From the NCBI GenBank assembly GCA_965223665.1, contig OZ245011.1, positions 1,952,001-2,016,000 on the forward strand: a stretch of DNA of 64,000 nucleotides. Reading direction: 5' to 3'. Source of the DNA: Nitrospinaceae bacterium (GTDB lineage: Bacteria > Nitrospinota > Nitrospinia > Nitrospinales > Nitrospinaceae). Positions within the stretch are counted from its first letter, which is position 1; every line of letters starts with the position of its first letter. The notes under the pieces were generated by a model. That model was not told the DNA's origin, did no database searches, and worked only from the letters and a program-made list of their open reading frames with translations. Positions 19,297 through 30,084 of this stretch are shown here, one piece after another. The translations under genes and the position numbers were made by a program.

Positions 19297-20601
19297 ATGG
19301 AGGATCAAAGAATGAAATTCGCCAAGTTAATCATCTGGAAACCAGAAAGAAATATTTTATTTAATTTTTTTATTTTCGCCTTGAGTCTTACCATTCCCTC
19401 CCTATCATTTTCTAATAATTCATTTACAACACCAGCCTCCTCATCTACAAAAATATCCGAATATGAAACTCCTCCCATACTAAAAGCAAGCCAATATTTA
19501 CCTTCGAAATTACTTAAGAGTAAATACCATAAGGTAGAAGAAGATATTGACACCTTTGGGTTTACCAATTCATATCGAATTAATTCAAAGTTTTTTATTT
19601 CGGAAGTTAGAGGAGATGATTTGCTTCGTGAGAGGATTCAAGAAGTACATGCCCTGGCAACACTATTAAAAATGAAAAAGACAAACAAGTTTATTGATGC
19701 TGCCACACGGTCCGCTCTCTCTCCTGTATCTTTTGCAAAAAATCTTATTCTTCGACCGGTAGATACTATCTCTGGAATTCCTCAAGGTATTTGGAGGTTT
19801 TTTTCCCGAGTGGGAGAAATGACTGGAGGAAAGCGAGGACAAGCAGAGGATGGCATTTCCAAAGAATTAATTGGGTTCTCGGCGGTAAAAAGAAAAATTG
19901 CTCATCAGTTAGGTGTTGATGTTTATTCCACAAATCGCACTCTTCAGAAAGAATTAAATAGTGTTTCCTGGGCTTCTTTTTCGGGTGGTTTTGTAGTGAG
20001 CATGGCCATAACTCCACTTAGAGTTTTAAAGCTTACAAAAACAGCAAATAAAATGACAAAAATTTTGAGAGACAAAGCTCCAGAAGATTTGAGAAAATTG
20101 AACCGAGCCAAACTCAAAAAATTTATATCTAATGATAAACTTGTCGAAAAGTTTTTAGAACACCCCTATTTTTCTCCACGACATGAAACTTTTCTTGTAG
20201 CCGCATTAGAAAATATGCAGGGAACTCAAAATTTGGATAAATTCGTCTATCGAGCTTATAAAGCTCAATCTTTTGAGGATGCTTTTATTTTCCAACGTAT
20301 CGCAGAGATATTAGATAAATATCATAATGAAGTTTCACCAATTCAGAAAATAGCAATTGAACCTTCAAGAAATTTTCCGGTAGCAATTACAAAAGATAAC
20401 AAATTAGTCATCGCGTTATTAGTAGACTATGCTGTTTGGTCCAAAATTGCTGCCAAGTGGGCCCAGGACTTAACCCGAGCAAATAATAGAGTGAACCCAA
20501 ATCGAAAAATAGAACTATTGATTACTGGCACATTGTCTCCAAGAGCCAGAAACGAATTAAAATCCTTAGGGATATCCGTCAAGGAAAAAGTTTTAGATTA
20601 A
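19297..20601 (+). CDS. Exported hypothetical protein
   Basis: 434-aa ORF with N-terminal hydrophobic segment, in operon with the upstream gene. Confidence 0.75.
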   Translation: MEDQRMKFAKLIIWKPERNILFNFFIFALSLTIPSLSFSNNSFTTPASSSTKISEYETPPILKASQYLPSKLLKSKYHKVEEDIDTFGFTNSYRINSKFFISEVRGDDLLRERIQEVHALATLLKMKKTNKFIDAATRSALSPVSFAKNLILRPVDTISGIPQGIWRFFSRVGEMTGGKRGQAEDGISKELIGFSAVKRKIAHQLGVDVYSTNRTLQKELNSVSWASFSGGFVVSMAITPLRVLKLTKTANKMTKILRDKAPEDLRKLNRAKLKKFISNDKLVEKFLEHPYFSPRHETFLVAALENMQGTQNLDKFVYRAYKAQSFEDAFIFQRIAEILDKYHNEVSPIQKIAIEPSRNFPVAITKDNKLVIALLVDYAVWSKIAAKWAQDLTRANNRVNPNRKIELLITGTLSPRARNELKSLGISVKEKVLD

Positions 20602-20678
20602 AAACAAAGCTCTATTCTGTTTTTAATTTGTCGAGTTGTTTCTATATTATATAGAGAATTCCAAATCTGAAGTTCTTC

Positions 20679-21725
20679 CTAGGATATTTCTTCCGAGTGC
20701 TGAGTAAAACTTTTAAAGGTGTTTTTAATCTGTTTGAAAATAACAGTAACTAAAACGATAATTATTCCTAAAACCAGCAATCCCATCAAAACAAACTGCA
20801 TCATAAGATTTTCTTTGGCGGCAAAAGCACTTTCCGTATCCTGCAAAATCAATAGAGACCAGTTTAAACTGTCGAGAGTCCCTTTGAGTTTGGATCCGGC
20901 GAACCCAATCAAATACTCGTTGCCAAAAGGACCGGTTTCAATTTGATACCCTCGATTCTCTAATTGGGCCAACTGTGCTGCACGATAATTCTGAATTGGA
21001 AATTTATAATCCCACTCTTTCAGGAAATTCTGATTCGTTTTAAATTTTAAGATAAATTCAGGTGCCGCAATGATTTTGCCTTTTTTATTTATTAACAAGG
21101 CGTATTGAGTTTTGTTTTGAGGTTCACCATCGATTTTGATGGCGTTGATCATTTTAATAAGTCCTTTCCAACTTAATTGTAGAAACAAGTGGCCTATTAT
21201 TTGGTTCGGGTTGTGGTCCCGATAAATAGGAATCGAAAATGTTAAATTCAGACCACCGGTCCTTCCAAAAAAGCTTAAATCCTGTACCATAAAATCTCGA
21301 ACCAACGACCCATTTTGATACCAGGGTTCCCGGCCCACATTGACATGAGTCAAACTTTGCTGGGAGGAGGCCAGTATATTCCCTCCCGGCTGAATAACCG
21401 AAATCACCCAGTGGGGAGACACACTGTCTTTTATCTGATTTAAAAAGTGGGCCGCTTTTTCTTTTCCCTGCCTCGTGTTGATTTGTTGCAAAGCACTATG
21501 AGAAGACCAAAGAATCAAATCCCGACGCACTTCCTTGATCATCACGAACAGTTCTTCCATGGATTGGGTGGCCATGGCCTGCGATTTGATCCCTGCGCTT
21601 TTTTCCAGAGCCACTCGACTGTTATCATAAGTGATATAGTACAAAGACCCCAGCGGTAGCAAAGCCACCACCATAAAACAAAGCACCAGTTTAAATTTAA
21701 ACGATTTAAAAAAGCTCATTTTCAA
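20679..21725 (-). CDS. Membrane protein with periplasmic dCache-like domain and no cytoplasmic output domain
   Basis: TM1, REPWY, LTFSIPIY, YALLINKKGKIIAAP, WSLLILQD..AFA, TM2, then about 20 aa to stop. Confidence 0.75.
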   Translation of the reverse strand: MKMSFFKSFKFKLVLCFMVVALLPLGSLYYITYDNSRVALEKSAGIKSQAMATQSMEELFVMIKEVRRDLILWSSHSALQQINTRQGKEKAAHFLNQIKDSVSPHWVISVIQPGGNILASSQQSLTHVNVGREPWYQNGSLVRDFMVQDLSFFGRTGGLNLTFSIPIYRDHNPNQIIGHLFLQLSWKGLIKMINAIKIDGEPQNKTQYALLINKKGKIIAAPEFILKFKTNQNFLKEWDYKFPIQNYRAAQLAQLENRGYQIETGPFGNEYLIGFAGSKLKGTLDSLNWSLLILQDTESAFAAKENLMMQFVLMGLLVLGIIIVLVTVIFKQIKNTFKSFTQHSEEIS

Positions 21726-21727
21726 CT

Positions 21728-22921
21728 CTACTGCACTCGTTTCCAGGAAATAGTTTGAAAGGTATTTTCGGTTACGTTGTATAAATTATCTAAAGCCGAA
21801 CAGCTGTAATTAATTTGTGCATTAGAATCTAATTGCAAAATAGCCTTTTGAGTATTTTTACTCGAAATAATTATGCCGCCATAAACATGAGGACTTCCAT
21901 TTCCATTGTGTAATTTTCCCTGGCAGTTTTCACATCCGCCAACAATGATAAGTCCATTCCATTCAAAATCATCCTTCATCATGAACTGATTATTCACCAC
22001 TAAAATTCCATAACCTACCAGGTTACCTTCCCCGGTGAACGCCCCTTCTCTATAAAACACTCCTGGTTCATCTTCCGATCCGAGCACGCCTCCGTTTAAG
22101 ACTTCAGGAATCATTTGAACATCGGGAACCGACAATATCCTTTCTCTAAGTTCTCTCAAATCCTGTAAAGTAATCGAGTTATTACCTGAATCAATACTGC
22201 CTGTTCCATCGACCCCGGAAAATAGACTTTGTTGAGCCGTATCTACACCGGACATGTCAAAATCCATTCCTGTGGCACTTGCCGCTAAAGCATAAATGGA
22301 GGGACAATCTGAATCAATTTCGGGTCCTAAAGATCCACGTTTCGTGCCATTTCCATTGACCTTGAAACTTGAACCTGGGGTAGCAACTTCTGACTGGCCG
22401 CTAACCAGGGTTACAGCACCCGGCAGGTCAGGAATATTTAAATTCAACTTTCGCACTCTGGCCTCTAAGTGTTCTGAATGCCCTTCTGAACTCACACCAA
22501 TAGAATCGATTAAAATCACATTATCTGAGTCCTGCCACATATCTCCATCGTCGCTGTTATCGAGAACTCTCGTATAATATTGGCCGGATTGAAAATCTAT
22601 CCGGGTAAAATTACTGCCTTTGTAGTTTTGTATGGATCCTTGAGTGGGAAACTGTCCATTGTCGACCTGAACTAATTTATCTCCATCCGGACCGGCCAAC
22701 ACCTCATTAAAATCCTGATCCCGCACGATGGACTTGGTATGCTCTAATCCCGCTTCCGCAAAATAAAAAGCTTCTTTATTTTGTGCGCTCACATTGGTTT
22801 GGTTGATTTCATTAGTGGTTTGCATCACTAACATGGGAACCATAATGGACACTACTAATAGTAGAAGCAACACCACAACCAGTACCGACCCTTGTTCTTT
22901 TTTTAATGTTTGAGTATTCAT
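21728..22921 (-). CDS. PilX N-terminal domain (type IV minor pilin-like) protein
   Basis: EQGSVLVVVLLLLLV prepilin-like leader; AFYFAEAGLE; C-terminal ISWKRV. Confidence 0.8.
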   Translation of the reverse strand: MNTQTLKKEQGSVLVVVLLLLLVVSIMVPMLVMQTTNEINQTNVSAQNKEAFYFAEAGLEHTKSIVRDQDFNEVLAGPDGDKLVQVDNGQFPTQGSIQNYKGSNFTRIDFQSGQYYTRVLDNSDDGDMWQDSDNVILIDSIGVSSEGHSEHLEARVRKLNLNIPDLPGAVTLVSGQSEVATPGSSFKVNGNGTKRGSLGPEIDSDCPSIYALAASATGMDFDMSGVDTAQQSLFSGVDGTGSIDSGNNSITLQDLRELRERILSVPDVQMIPEVLNGGVLGSEDEPGVFYREGAFTGEGNLVGYGILVVNNQFMMKDDFEWNGLIIVGGCENCQGKLHNGNGSPHVYGGIIISSKNTQKAILQLDSNAQINYSCSALDNLYNVTENTFQTISWKRVQ

Positions 22922-23175
22922 TTTGAAACGCCTTAAATATTTCTAAAAATATTCATCCTTAATTGTTATTTTTTATAGAGTCCAAAATGCTCACGGAATT
23001 TTTTGTCACAGGGTTTTCAGAACCGTATAGCGCCGTATTAGTTTCAACAGTTTGAACTTCAGCAGGATCAGTCGTTTCTGTATCCGTGGCATAATTAAAA
23101 AAGTTTTTGTTTTGAGTTTTCATAATTTTCTTAAAAACGTTGCATTATCATTTTTCAAATTCACTTCTAAACAAA

Positions 23176-23192
23176 AGCAATGCCGGTACCAA
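23176..23192 (-). promoter_or_regulatory. Sigma54 -24/-12 promoter
   Basis: TTGGTAC-CGGCA-TTGCT on the minus strand upstream of the PilX-like gene; matches TGGCAC-N5-TTGC with one mismatch. Confidence 0.55.
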
Positions 23193-23604
23193 ACAGCCGG
23201 AAAAGAAAAGGTTTGGAAGATAGATTTCCCTAAATGGCGGTTTTTGATAGGAAGTTATTACTAGATGGGCATTAATTGTAAATACCCAAAAACAAGGGTT
23301 TTGCAGGGATTAATTTCCCTCAGGGCCCAAAATTGTCAGTAGGTAGACCCCATATTGTTACACTGACTCTCCCATACCCTTAATTTGCGTAAATCTATTA
23401 GAAGTGGGCGGAACTATGAATCCCCCGATATGCACCAATATTAAATGAGATTATTCAAACAAACTCAATTCCCCTTTTGCTGTTGTATAATGCTTCGCTT
23501 GGAAAAGAATTGGGTGAAACGAGTAAAGAACAAAAATTTTTTTAAATCCTAAGAAAATCAGGGCAACAGGTTTAATCATTTAAAAAGTAAAATATGACTT
23601 TGAG

Positions 23605-24672
23605 GTGCGGAAGATGAAAAAGATATTTTATTTAGTGACTCTGGGTTGTTGTTTAGCGTTTCTTCCTGTTATTGCCGCGGCAAAAACAATTCACTTAAAT
23701 GATTGCTCCGGAACTAAACTTTCTTTTAAAACCGCCAAGGCCGCGTGCAAATCCGGCAAACATCCCGGCCAGACTATAGTTAAATGCAATAAAAAAGGAG
23801 ATATAAAGAACACCAGACGTTGCAGTACCGATGGACAAAAAAAAGGGATTTACGAAGACAGTTGCACCGGAACCCCAACAGGATTTAAAGATTTAGTCAA
23901 GGCCTGCAAATCGGGAAACCATTTCGGTCAGTTGCTCGTTAAATGCAAAAACGGAAAGGAAAAGAAACGGATGCAGTGCGAATCCGCCGGAATGACTTTA
24001 AAGAAAACGGTCATTTTTAAGAATCGATGTGGCGGTGATCCCATTTCCGGAAAGAATTTAAAAAAGGCGTGCAAAAATAATACAGGGGAAACCCTGGTGA
24101 AGTGCGTGCGCAAAAATAATATTTGGAAACCCAAAAAATCCATGCTTTGTCATGGAAACCGGGACCGGTTTAAATTTAAATTTTGTTCACCCAATGAGCG
24201 GCAAACGCTCATTGATGATTATGAATGGGCCGAAAACCGAGTGGATATTGTTCTCAATGATTTAAATAACTGGTTTGCTTCTAATCCCTCAGTAGACAAA
24301 AAACTGCGGAAAAAAATGGAAAAAGTGCAAAAGAAATTAAGAAAAATTCAAACGGCCATGGACCGCCCCCGGACCTATGTTTGCCGGGCCAACAAAAATC
24401 GATGTGGCCGCGCCAACGCCCATACCATGTGGACCGGACACAAGGTTAAAATTTGCGATCGTTATTTTTTCAAATCCGGAGCCGCAAATCAACCGGAGCG
24501 TGGGTCCATTCTCGTACACGAAATTTCTCATCATAAAGTAGAAACCAATGATAAAGGCACCGAGCATGGAGGATGTGCCAGTCCCAGCCTGGCCTCGGCG
24601 AGTAGTAACTTTCATAAGCAAGCCGAGTATTATGAACACCTTATAGAATGCGGGCTTTATATTCCCAATTAA
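23605..24672 (+). CDS. Secreted M35-like (aspzincin) metallopeptidase with N-terminal Cys-rich repeats
   Basis: Signal peptide (likely ATG 23614); 3 repeats C..KACK..VKC..C; KICDRYF, ILVHEISHH..TND, AEYYE. Confidence 0.75.
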   Translation: MRKMKKIFYLVTLGCCLAFLPVIAAAKTIHLNDCSGTKLSFKTAKAACKSGKHPGQTIVKCNKKGDIKNTRRCSTDGQKKGIYEDSCTGTPTGFKDLVKACKSGNHFGQLLVKCKNGKEKKRMQCESAGMTLKKTVIFKNRCGGDPISGKNLKKACKNNTGETLVKCVRKNNIWKPKKSMLCHGNRDRFKFKFCSPNERQTLIDDYEWAENRVDIVLNDLNNWFASNPSVDKKLRKKMEKVQKKLRKIQTAMDRPRTYVCRANKNRCGRANAHTMWTGHKVKICDRYFFKSGAANQPERGSILVHEISHHKVETNDKGTEHGGCASPSLASASSNFHKQAEYYEHLIECGLYIPN

Positions 24673-24689
24673 TTCAGGGATAATTTATT

Positions 24690-25463
24690 ATGTTCCAAAT
24701 CCTATCGATTAGTTTCATATATATAACGATACTTTGTGGCACCGCCACAGCCAGTCCAACTGATAATTCCACTGCTCCTCCTGAAGCAATGGTTTTAATT
24801 CCGGCGGGAGAGTTCCAAATGGGAAGTCCCCGGGACATAGGAGAGGATGATGAACACCCGCAGCACTCCGTTTATGTAAATTCGTTTTTTATAGATATCA
24901 CGGAGGTGACTCAGGCGAACTATGAAAGGGTGATGGGAAAAAATCCTTCTCATTTTAAAGGAACGAATTTACCCGTAGAAAAAGTGACCTGGAGTGAAGC
25001 CCAGGCGTACTGCCAGGCCCTGGGCAAGCGATTGCCGACCGAAGCAGAATGGGAAAAAGCGGCAAGAGGAAAAAATAATTCGGTTTTTAGCTGGGGCAAT
25101 GAAGTGACGTCACAGGGCGGCAACTACTGCGATAAACAATGTGAAAAAAAGTGGAAGTCGGACCGGTTTGACGACGGTCACAGCAATACAGCGCCAGTAA
25201 AAAGTTATGCTCCGAATGATTATGGATTGTTTGACATGGGGGGCAATGTGTATGAGTGGGTGAAGGATTGGTACCACAAGGACACTTATAAAAAAAGTCC
25301 CTACGAAAATCCAAAAGGCCCCGAGAGCGGAAAATTTAAAGTGATGCGAGGCGGATCCTGGGATGTCAGCCCCGCCGTGTTACGCAACGCGTATCGTTCC
25401 GGCCTGGCGCCGGATTTTCGCAGCTACTCCGTCGGGTTTCGCTGTGCCAAATCCACCCAATAA
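24690..25463 (+). CDS. Formylglycine-generating enzyme (SUMF1/FGE-sulfatase) family protein
   Basis: IPAGEFQMGS, RLPTEAEWEKAARG, NDYGLFDMGGNVYEW, RGGSW, GFRC. Confidence 0.92.
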   Translation: MFQILSISFIYITILCGTATASPTDNSTAPPEAMVLIPAGEFQMGSPRDIGEDDEHPQHSVYVNSFFIDITEVTQANYERVMGKNPSHFKGTNLPVEKVTWSEAQAYCQALGKRLPTEAEWEKAARGKNNSVFSWGNEVTSQGGNYCDKQCEKKWKSDRFDDGHSNTAPVKSYAPNDYGLFDMGGNVYEWVKDWYHKDTYKKSPYENPKGPESGKFKVMRGGSWDVSPAVLRNAYRSGLAPDFRSYSVGFRCAKSTQ

Positions 25464-25479
25464 TTTTTTCTTATCTCCT

Positions 25480-25842
25480 TCAGGGATTTTTACGTTTCGC
25501 TTCCAAATATTCCGTTAAAACCACAGCGTTGTTAAACTGTTCTTCCCGGGCTCCATAGAGCAAAGTAATCACCTGCCCCTGGTTATCCATTAATGTTGAA
25601 ATTAAATCTTCCTTTTCATCCAGTTCCCGGAAATATCTTTCTTTAAACTCCTCCCACTTCGAGGGCGTGTGGTCAAACCATTTTCGCAGCGAATCACTGG
25701 GCGCGATCTCTTTCAGCCAAAGATCGACCCTGGCTTTTTCTTTGCTTAAACCTCTGGGCCAAAGTCGATCTACCAGGATTCGGATTCCATCCTTCTCCGT
25801 GGGTTTGTCATAAACTCTTTTGATTCCGATCTTATCTTTCAT
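25480..25842 (-). CDS. DUF488 (YeaO-like) protein
   Basis: [32 protein letters not shown]. Confidence 0.9.
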   Translation of the reverse strand: MKDKIGIKRVYDKPTEKDGIRILVDRLWPRGLSKEKARVDLWLKEIAPSDSLRKWFDHTPSKWEEFKERYFRELDEKEDLISTLMDNQGQVITLLYGAREEQFNNAVVLTEYLEAKRKNP

Positions 25843-25847
25843 CCATT

Positions 25848-26174
25848 CTAATGATTCATCATGGCGTCTTTCTTCATCATATCGCCTTTATGCCTCATTT
25901 CGTCTTTCTTCATAGACCCTTCTTCTTTCATCGCTTCGCCCTTCCCCATCATGGAATCCTTTTTCATCATTCCTTCTTTCTTCATTGTATCGCCTTTATG
26001 CATCATTTCATCTTTCTTCATAGATCCTTCTTCCTTCATCATTTCACCTTTTTTCATCATCTTGTCACCTTTCGTCATGTGATCAGGATCGGCTGAAGCA
26101 GTCACTGGTGCAAACGACATCATAAAAGCGGTAACGGCAAAAAAGAAGATGCTGGAAACTAAATTGGTTTTCAT
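25848..26174 (-). CDS. Secreted Met-rich pentapeptide (MXKDX-like) repeat protein
   Basis: AAGGA RBS before ATG 26174; signal peptide; MKKDE/MHKGD/MKEEG repeats. Confidence 0.85.
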   Translation of the reverse strand: MKTNLVSSIFFFAVTAFMMSFAPVTASADPDHMTKGDKMMKKGEMMKEEGSMKKDEMMHKGDTMKKEGMMKKDSMMGKGEAMKEEGSMKKDEMRHKGDMMKKDAMMNH

Positions 26175-26583
26175 GATTTTTTTCCTTTTTTTGGATTTAA
26201 TGGATTGGCTCTTCATTAATTTTTAAAGTTGCTGCTTAGTTGGTCTAAACCGGCGGGAATTCATTACGAAAAATATCTTATAAAAGTGAAAATACTTTAA
26301 TTAAAAAAAAACCACAGACTTAAAGCTTATAAATTAAACAGTTAAGAAACCCATCTCCCGCACCACAAGATCTGTCAAATAGTTTGGAAATAGGCCCAAC
26401 TGGTTGGAAAGAGGTCAGGCTTAGCCATGTCGATAGTTGATTTCAACGTCGCAAAATGAGACTATTGAGCCCAATTCATCAGAAAATATTTTCATTTAAA
26501 ATGAATCGTGCCCGGATTTTGCAACCGGTCATTATAAAAACGCGAGGGCCATTTCGTCATACTGTGACTATGGAGGGGAAACA

Positions 26584-28218
26584 ATGAGGGAGTATGAGTT
26601 GAGTGGAAAAATAAAAACATGGGTAACTCTAATAAGCCTATTACTTTGTTTCGGTTTCGCCGGATCGGTCTGGGGAGAAAAAGCAGCCGACAAAACAATA
26701 GATGCCGTTAATTATGATTTGGATCGAGTCGCCAAGCAATTACCGGGACTGACGCCAAGTCGTAAAGCCAACATCAAGCGTCTCTTACGAAGCCTTAAAT
26801 TAGCCGAACAACGGTTGGGCGGTTCTCGCAATAAAGAACACGCCTCATGGAAAGCTGCGAAACAACGACTGGACGATTACCGAAATCAACTCAACAATTT
26901 AATGGCTGGAGGAGCTCCCGCTCCGACCAAACAAAGTTCAGCTCCAGCGTCACCCGCCGCACCGGCTGCACCCGCTCCGTCTCAATCAAAAACCACTGCG
27001 GCTCCGGGCAATCCAAAACCCTCGACAAACCCACAAATGACTTCCCATGATATTTCAAAATTCAAGCGAGTATATGGAAATTATCAGTCCATGGTTCCTC
27101 AGCTGCAAAAACTGGATCCGAAAACTCTGCACAACACAAGAGAGCTCAATAACTGGCGCGGTCGATTCAACCGCATGAAACAGGATGTCGCCAGGTTTGC
27201 TCCTTTTAAATCGGAACCCAAAGTGGCGGAATTAGAGAAGCTGGTCAACGAAGCCGCAGCGCATTACGCTCAAGTGGAAAAACAATCTTTAGCCGCTCTG
27301 GCGAGTTTGGGCGACATTCCTGCGCAGCTAAAAGTTTTGCTTGCGCGTTATGATCGCAGTAAATTGCCGAAACCTTTAGACCCGCCTTATACCAAAGAAC
27401 GGGCACAAGCCTGGGGGAAATATATTCAGGCCTTCGCTGCGCAGTCCAATAAGGATGCAGCCTGGTTACAAATGGTTCGAAACACCACAGACCAATATAA
27501 ATTTGATGTTAAAAATGCATTGAATGGCACCATTGGTCATTCCGCAAACAATAGTGTTAAAGATGCGGTGACTAAAACACGGCAGAATATTTATCAACCG
27601 CTGCAAGTCTTAAACGATGGACGCATCGCTCACTTGTTAAAGCTTACGCCCAAAGACACCCAGAAAATTAAAAACAATTTATTGGGTGAAGGAAAGTTTG
27701 AAGGGTTCATGGAAATTTTTCGCAACGCTCTTGGGGCTATCGAAACCGGAAAAATCGTGGACCAGTCGTTAGGACAAAAACCCGATCCCAACATCGGTCA
27801 ACTGGTTCAAAAAATCAATAGTCAACGCACCGCCGTTGAAAACTTATTTGTAACCGTGTTAGCCGATGTGCGGATGCCAAAAACTCGTTCCGAAGACAAA
27901 AAGTTGTTAGCCGCCGCGGCTGAAGTTCTCAAGCGTCCTTACAACGGATATAGCTGGGAACGCATGCTGATCAATTACGCGCTCGCTTCGAAAAAAGAAA
28001 CACGCGCCTGGTGGTCCGGCAGCACCGCCATCGCCGCTACATATATCTGGGATGAGTTTGAAGCCGCTACCGCTGAAAAAGTGGGAGATAAATTTTTTAT
28101 CTTTTTCAATGAGTTCCATTATTACACGTCCGGCGACAGTAAAACGATCCTCAACAAATGGATTTTAAAAAAGCGGTTCCAATCCAGCCAAATCCTGAAA
28201 GAAAATATAAATAAATAG
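26584..28218 (+). CDS. Secreted helical hypothetical protein with Pro/Ala linker
   Basis: GGAGG RBS; signal peptide; APAPTKQSSAPASPAAPA linker; 544-aa ORF. Confidence 0.8.
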   Translation: MREYELSGKIKTWVTLISLLLCFGFAGSVWGEKAADKTIDAVNYDLDRVAKQLPGLTPSRKANIKRLLRSLKLAEQRLGGSRNKEHASWKAAKQRLDDYRNQLNNLMAGGAPAPTKQSSAPASPAAPAAPAPSQSKTTAAPGNPKPSTNPQMTSHDISKFKRVYGNYQSMVPQLQKLDPKTLHNTRELNNWRGRFNRMKQDVARFAPFKSEPKVAELEKLVNEAAAHYAQVEKQSLAALASLGDIPAQLKVLLARYDRSKLPKPLDPPYTKERAQAWGKYIQAFAAQSNKDAAWLQMVRNTTDQYKFDVKNALNGTIGHSANNSVKDAVTKTRQNIYQPLQVLNDGRIAHLLKLTPKDTQKIKNNLLGEGKFEGFMEIFRNALGAIETGKIVDQSLGQKPDPNIGQLVQKINSQRTAVENLFVTVLADVRMPKTRSEDKKLLAAAAEVLKRPYNGYSWERMLINYALASKKETRAWWSGSTAIAATYIWDEFEAATAEKVGDKFFIFFNEFHYYTSGDSKTILNKWILKKRFQSSQILKENINK

Positions 28219-28572
28219 GGCCGTTGGTTCCAAAACTGTTACCTGCTTAAAAATTAATGCAGTCGGGTTTCGTTGCGCAGTATTGCCTTATAGATTTTCA
28301 TCTTCTCTTTGCAAAGGCCTGCTGTACCATTCCATCTTCACTTTTTCTTTGAAGACAAAACCCTTTTCGCTTCTGCAATCACTATTTTAAGTTTCAAAAT
28401 AAAACACACTCCCTTCATAAAAACCAAATTCTTTGTTTTTTACCTGGTTAGCTGGAAACGGGATCTCCAGGCCGTTTTACACCCTATTTAGATTGAATTT
28501 TTAGTCTAAAAATAGTAATTTTTGCGAATCGCTCTTTTTTTAAATAACGAATCATCATCAAGGGAGGAAACC

Positions 28573-29418
28573 ATGAGAAACCTTATTTATTCTTTTCTAT
28601 TTATTATCGCAACATTAATTGCGAGTTCACCTGCTTTGGCGGTGACGGATATATTAAATGCCTCGGAAGACAGTTATGTTCGAGAAACTTCACCCACAAA
28701 AAACTATGGCTCCGAAACCAGACTCATTGCCGATGGGGTGGCGCAGGATCCGGATAATGGGATTTATGGGGAAGTGAAAGCTGTAATCAAATGGGACCTT
28801 TCATCCATTCCTGCCGATGCCACCGTCACTGATGTGAAACTCCGAATGAATTTCACCGATGCCAGTTCCGGCTTCTATAATATTTTAACGGTGGCGGATT
28901 CGAGCCCATGGTCGGAAGGGACCGTCACCTGGGACGACATCACTCCGGGTCCGATCGTAATCGGAACCATTTCTCCCCTTACTTTTGGGGAAGCTCCTGC
29001 AACCTTGAATCCCATTGCAGTCGCCACCGTTCAGAGATGGATTGAGGGAACCACTCCCAATAACGGAATCGTTATTCAATCTGCAGGAACCAATAACGGA
29101 ATTATCATAGGCTCCAGAGAATCGACCGGTTTAAAGCCTACATTGGAAGTGACTTATACACCGCGCGGAGTTATCCCCGGTTGGCAAATCGTTCAATCAG
29201 AACGTGTATCAGTTGCTCCTGATAGGACTGGGTCTGAAAGTGCGTCTTGTCCTTCAGGAAAAGTGGTAACCGGAGGAGGATTTGAAAGTGAAAACACTCT
29301 AATAACTCTTCGCAGTTATCCAAGTTCCCCAAGCTCATGGTCAGTTATAGTAAAAAACACTTCACCTACTGAAAATGGAGGGTTCCGGGTGTACGCCGTT
29401 TGTGCCAACGGACCCTAA
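28573..29418 (+). CDS. Secreted DNRLRE/CBM96-like domain protein, paralog of 4822
   Basis: GGAGG RBS; EDSYVRETSP..LIADGVAQDPDNG; C-terminal ASCPSGKVVTGGG..VYAVCA domain. Confidence 0.85.
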   Translation: MRNLIYSFLFIIATLIASSPALAVTDILNASEDSYVRETSPTKNYGSETRLIADGVAQDPDNGIYGEVKAVIKWDLSSIPADATVTDVKLRMNFTDASSGFYNILTVADSSPWSEGTVTWDDITPGPIVIGTISPLTFGEAPATLNPIAVATVQRWIEGTTPNNGIVIQSAGTNNGIIIGSRESTGLKPTLEVTYTPRGVIPGWQIVQSERVSVAPDRTGSESASCPSGKVVTGGGFESENTLITLRSYPSSPSSWSVIVKNTSPTENGGFRVYAVCANGP

Positions 29419-30084
29419 ATGCGAGACATGGTGGAATGATATAAAGCTGTCTATTTTTAAGTAAAACTAAAGTTCTATTTTTAGTTTGGTTTTTTTATAT
29501 TTCTTTTTCTGAAACTGAACCATTTTATATCATTAAGAAAACTTAATTTCGGCACCTTATTCCAGGAAAATGATTCCGCTGAAGCGGAACCAACTTACGG
29601 ACGAACTTGAAAGTTATTCACGATGTATTTTTTGTACCTCCACCCCTCATAACTTTGGAGAAAATTGGGTGGCCTCGCTGGGTTCAAAAATCGCCAAAAG
29701 CGAAACAGGCTGGAATAAAATTTACAATGATACTTAATGAAAATATTATATTTAAATCATTGAGACATAAATTGCAAGGAACAGGTTCCGCAAGAAAGAC
29801 CCTCCCTTTCCTTATCAAGGTCCCTCCCCCGTTTTGGCCAAAAGGATTGCTATATAAATAGAACCAACTCAATACTAAATTGCCACACTTCCTCGACTTT
29901 GGACAAAACTCCCCCCTTTGTATCATTCAGCAAGGTAGTTTTGACAAAATAAAAACGAAAACTCTTCAAATACTCAGAATTTTCCGGATAAAAAAACCAG
30001 TAACTTTTTACAAACTTGCCTCAATTCCTTGCAAAGATACATTTAAATAATGATAAAATATGCCAACTTATTGTTGAGGTTCTA

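Noticed and set aside
23605-24672. M35 protease as the RiPP leader peptidase
   Set aside because: 7 kb away with unrelated genes between; no supporting evidence
25851-26096. His/Phe-rich + strand ORFs and apparent tandem DNA repeats
   Set aside because: Antisense shadows of the Met/Lys pentapeptide repeat gene; not CRISPR (no unique spacers)
29607-29926. Overlapping short ORFs in the intergenic gap
   Set aside because: No convincing RBS or motif
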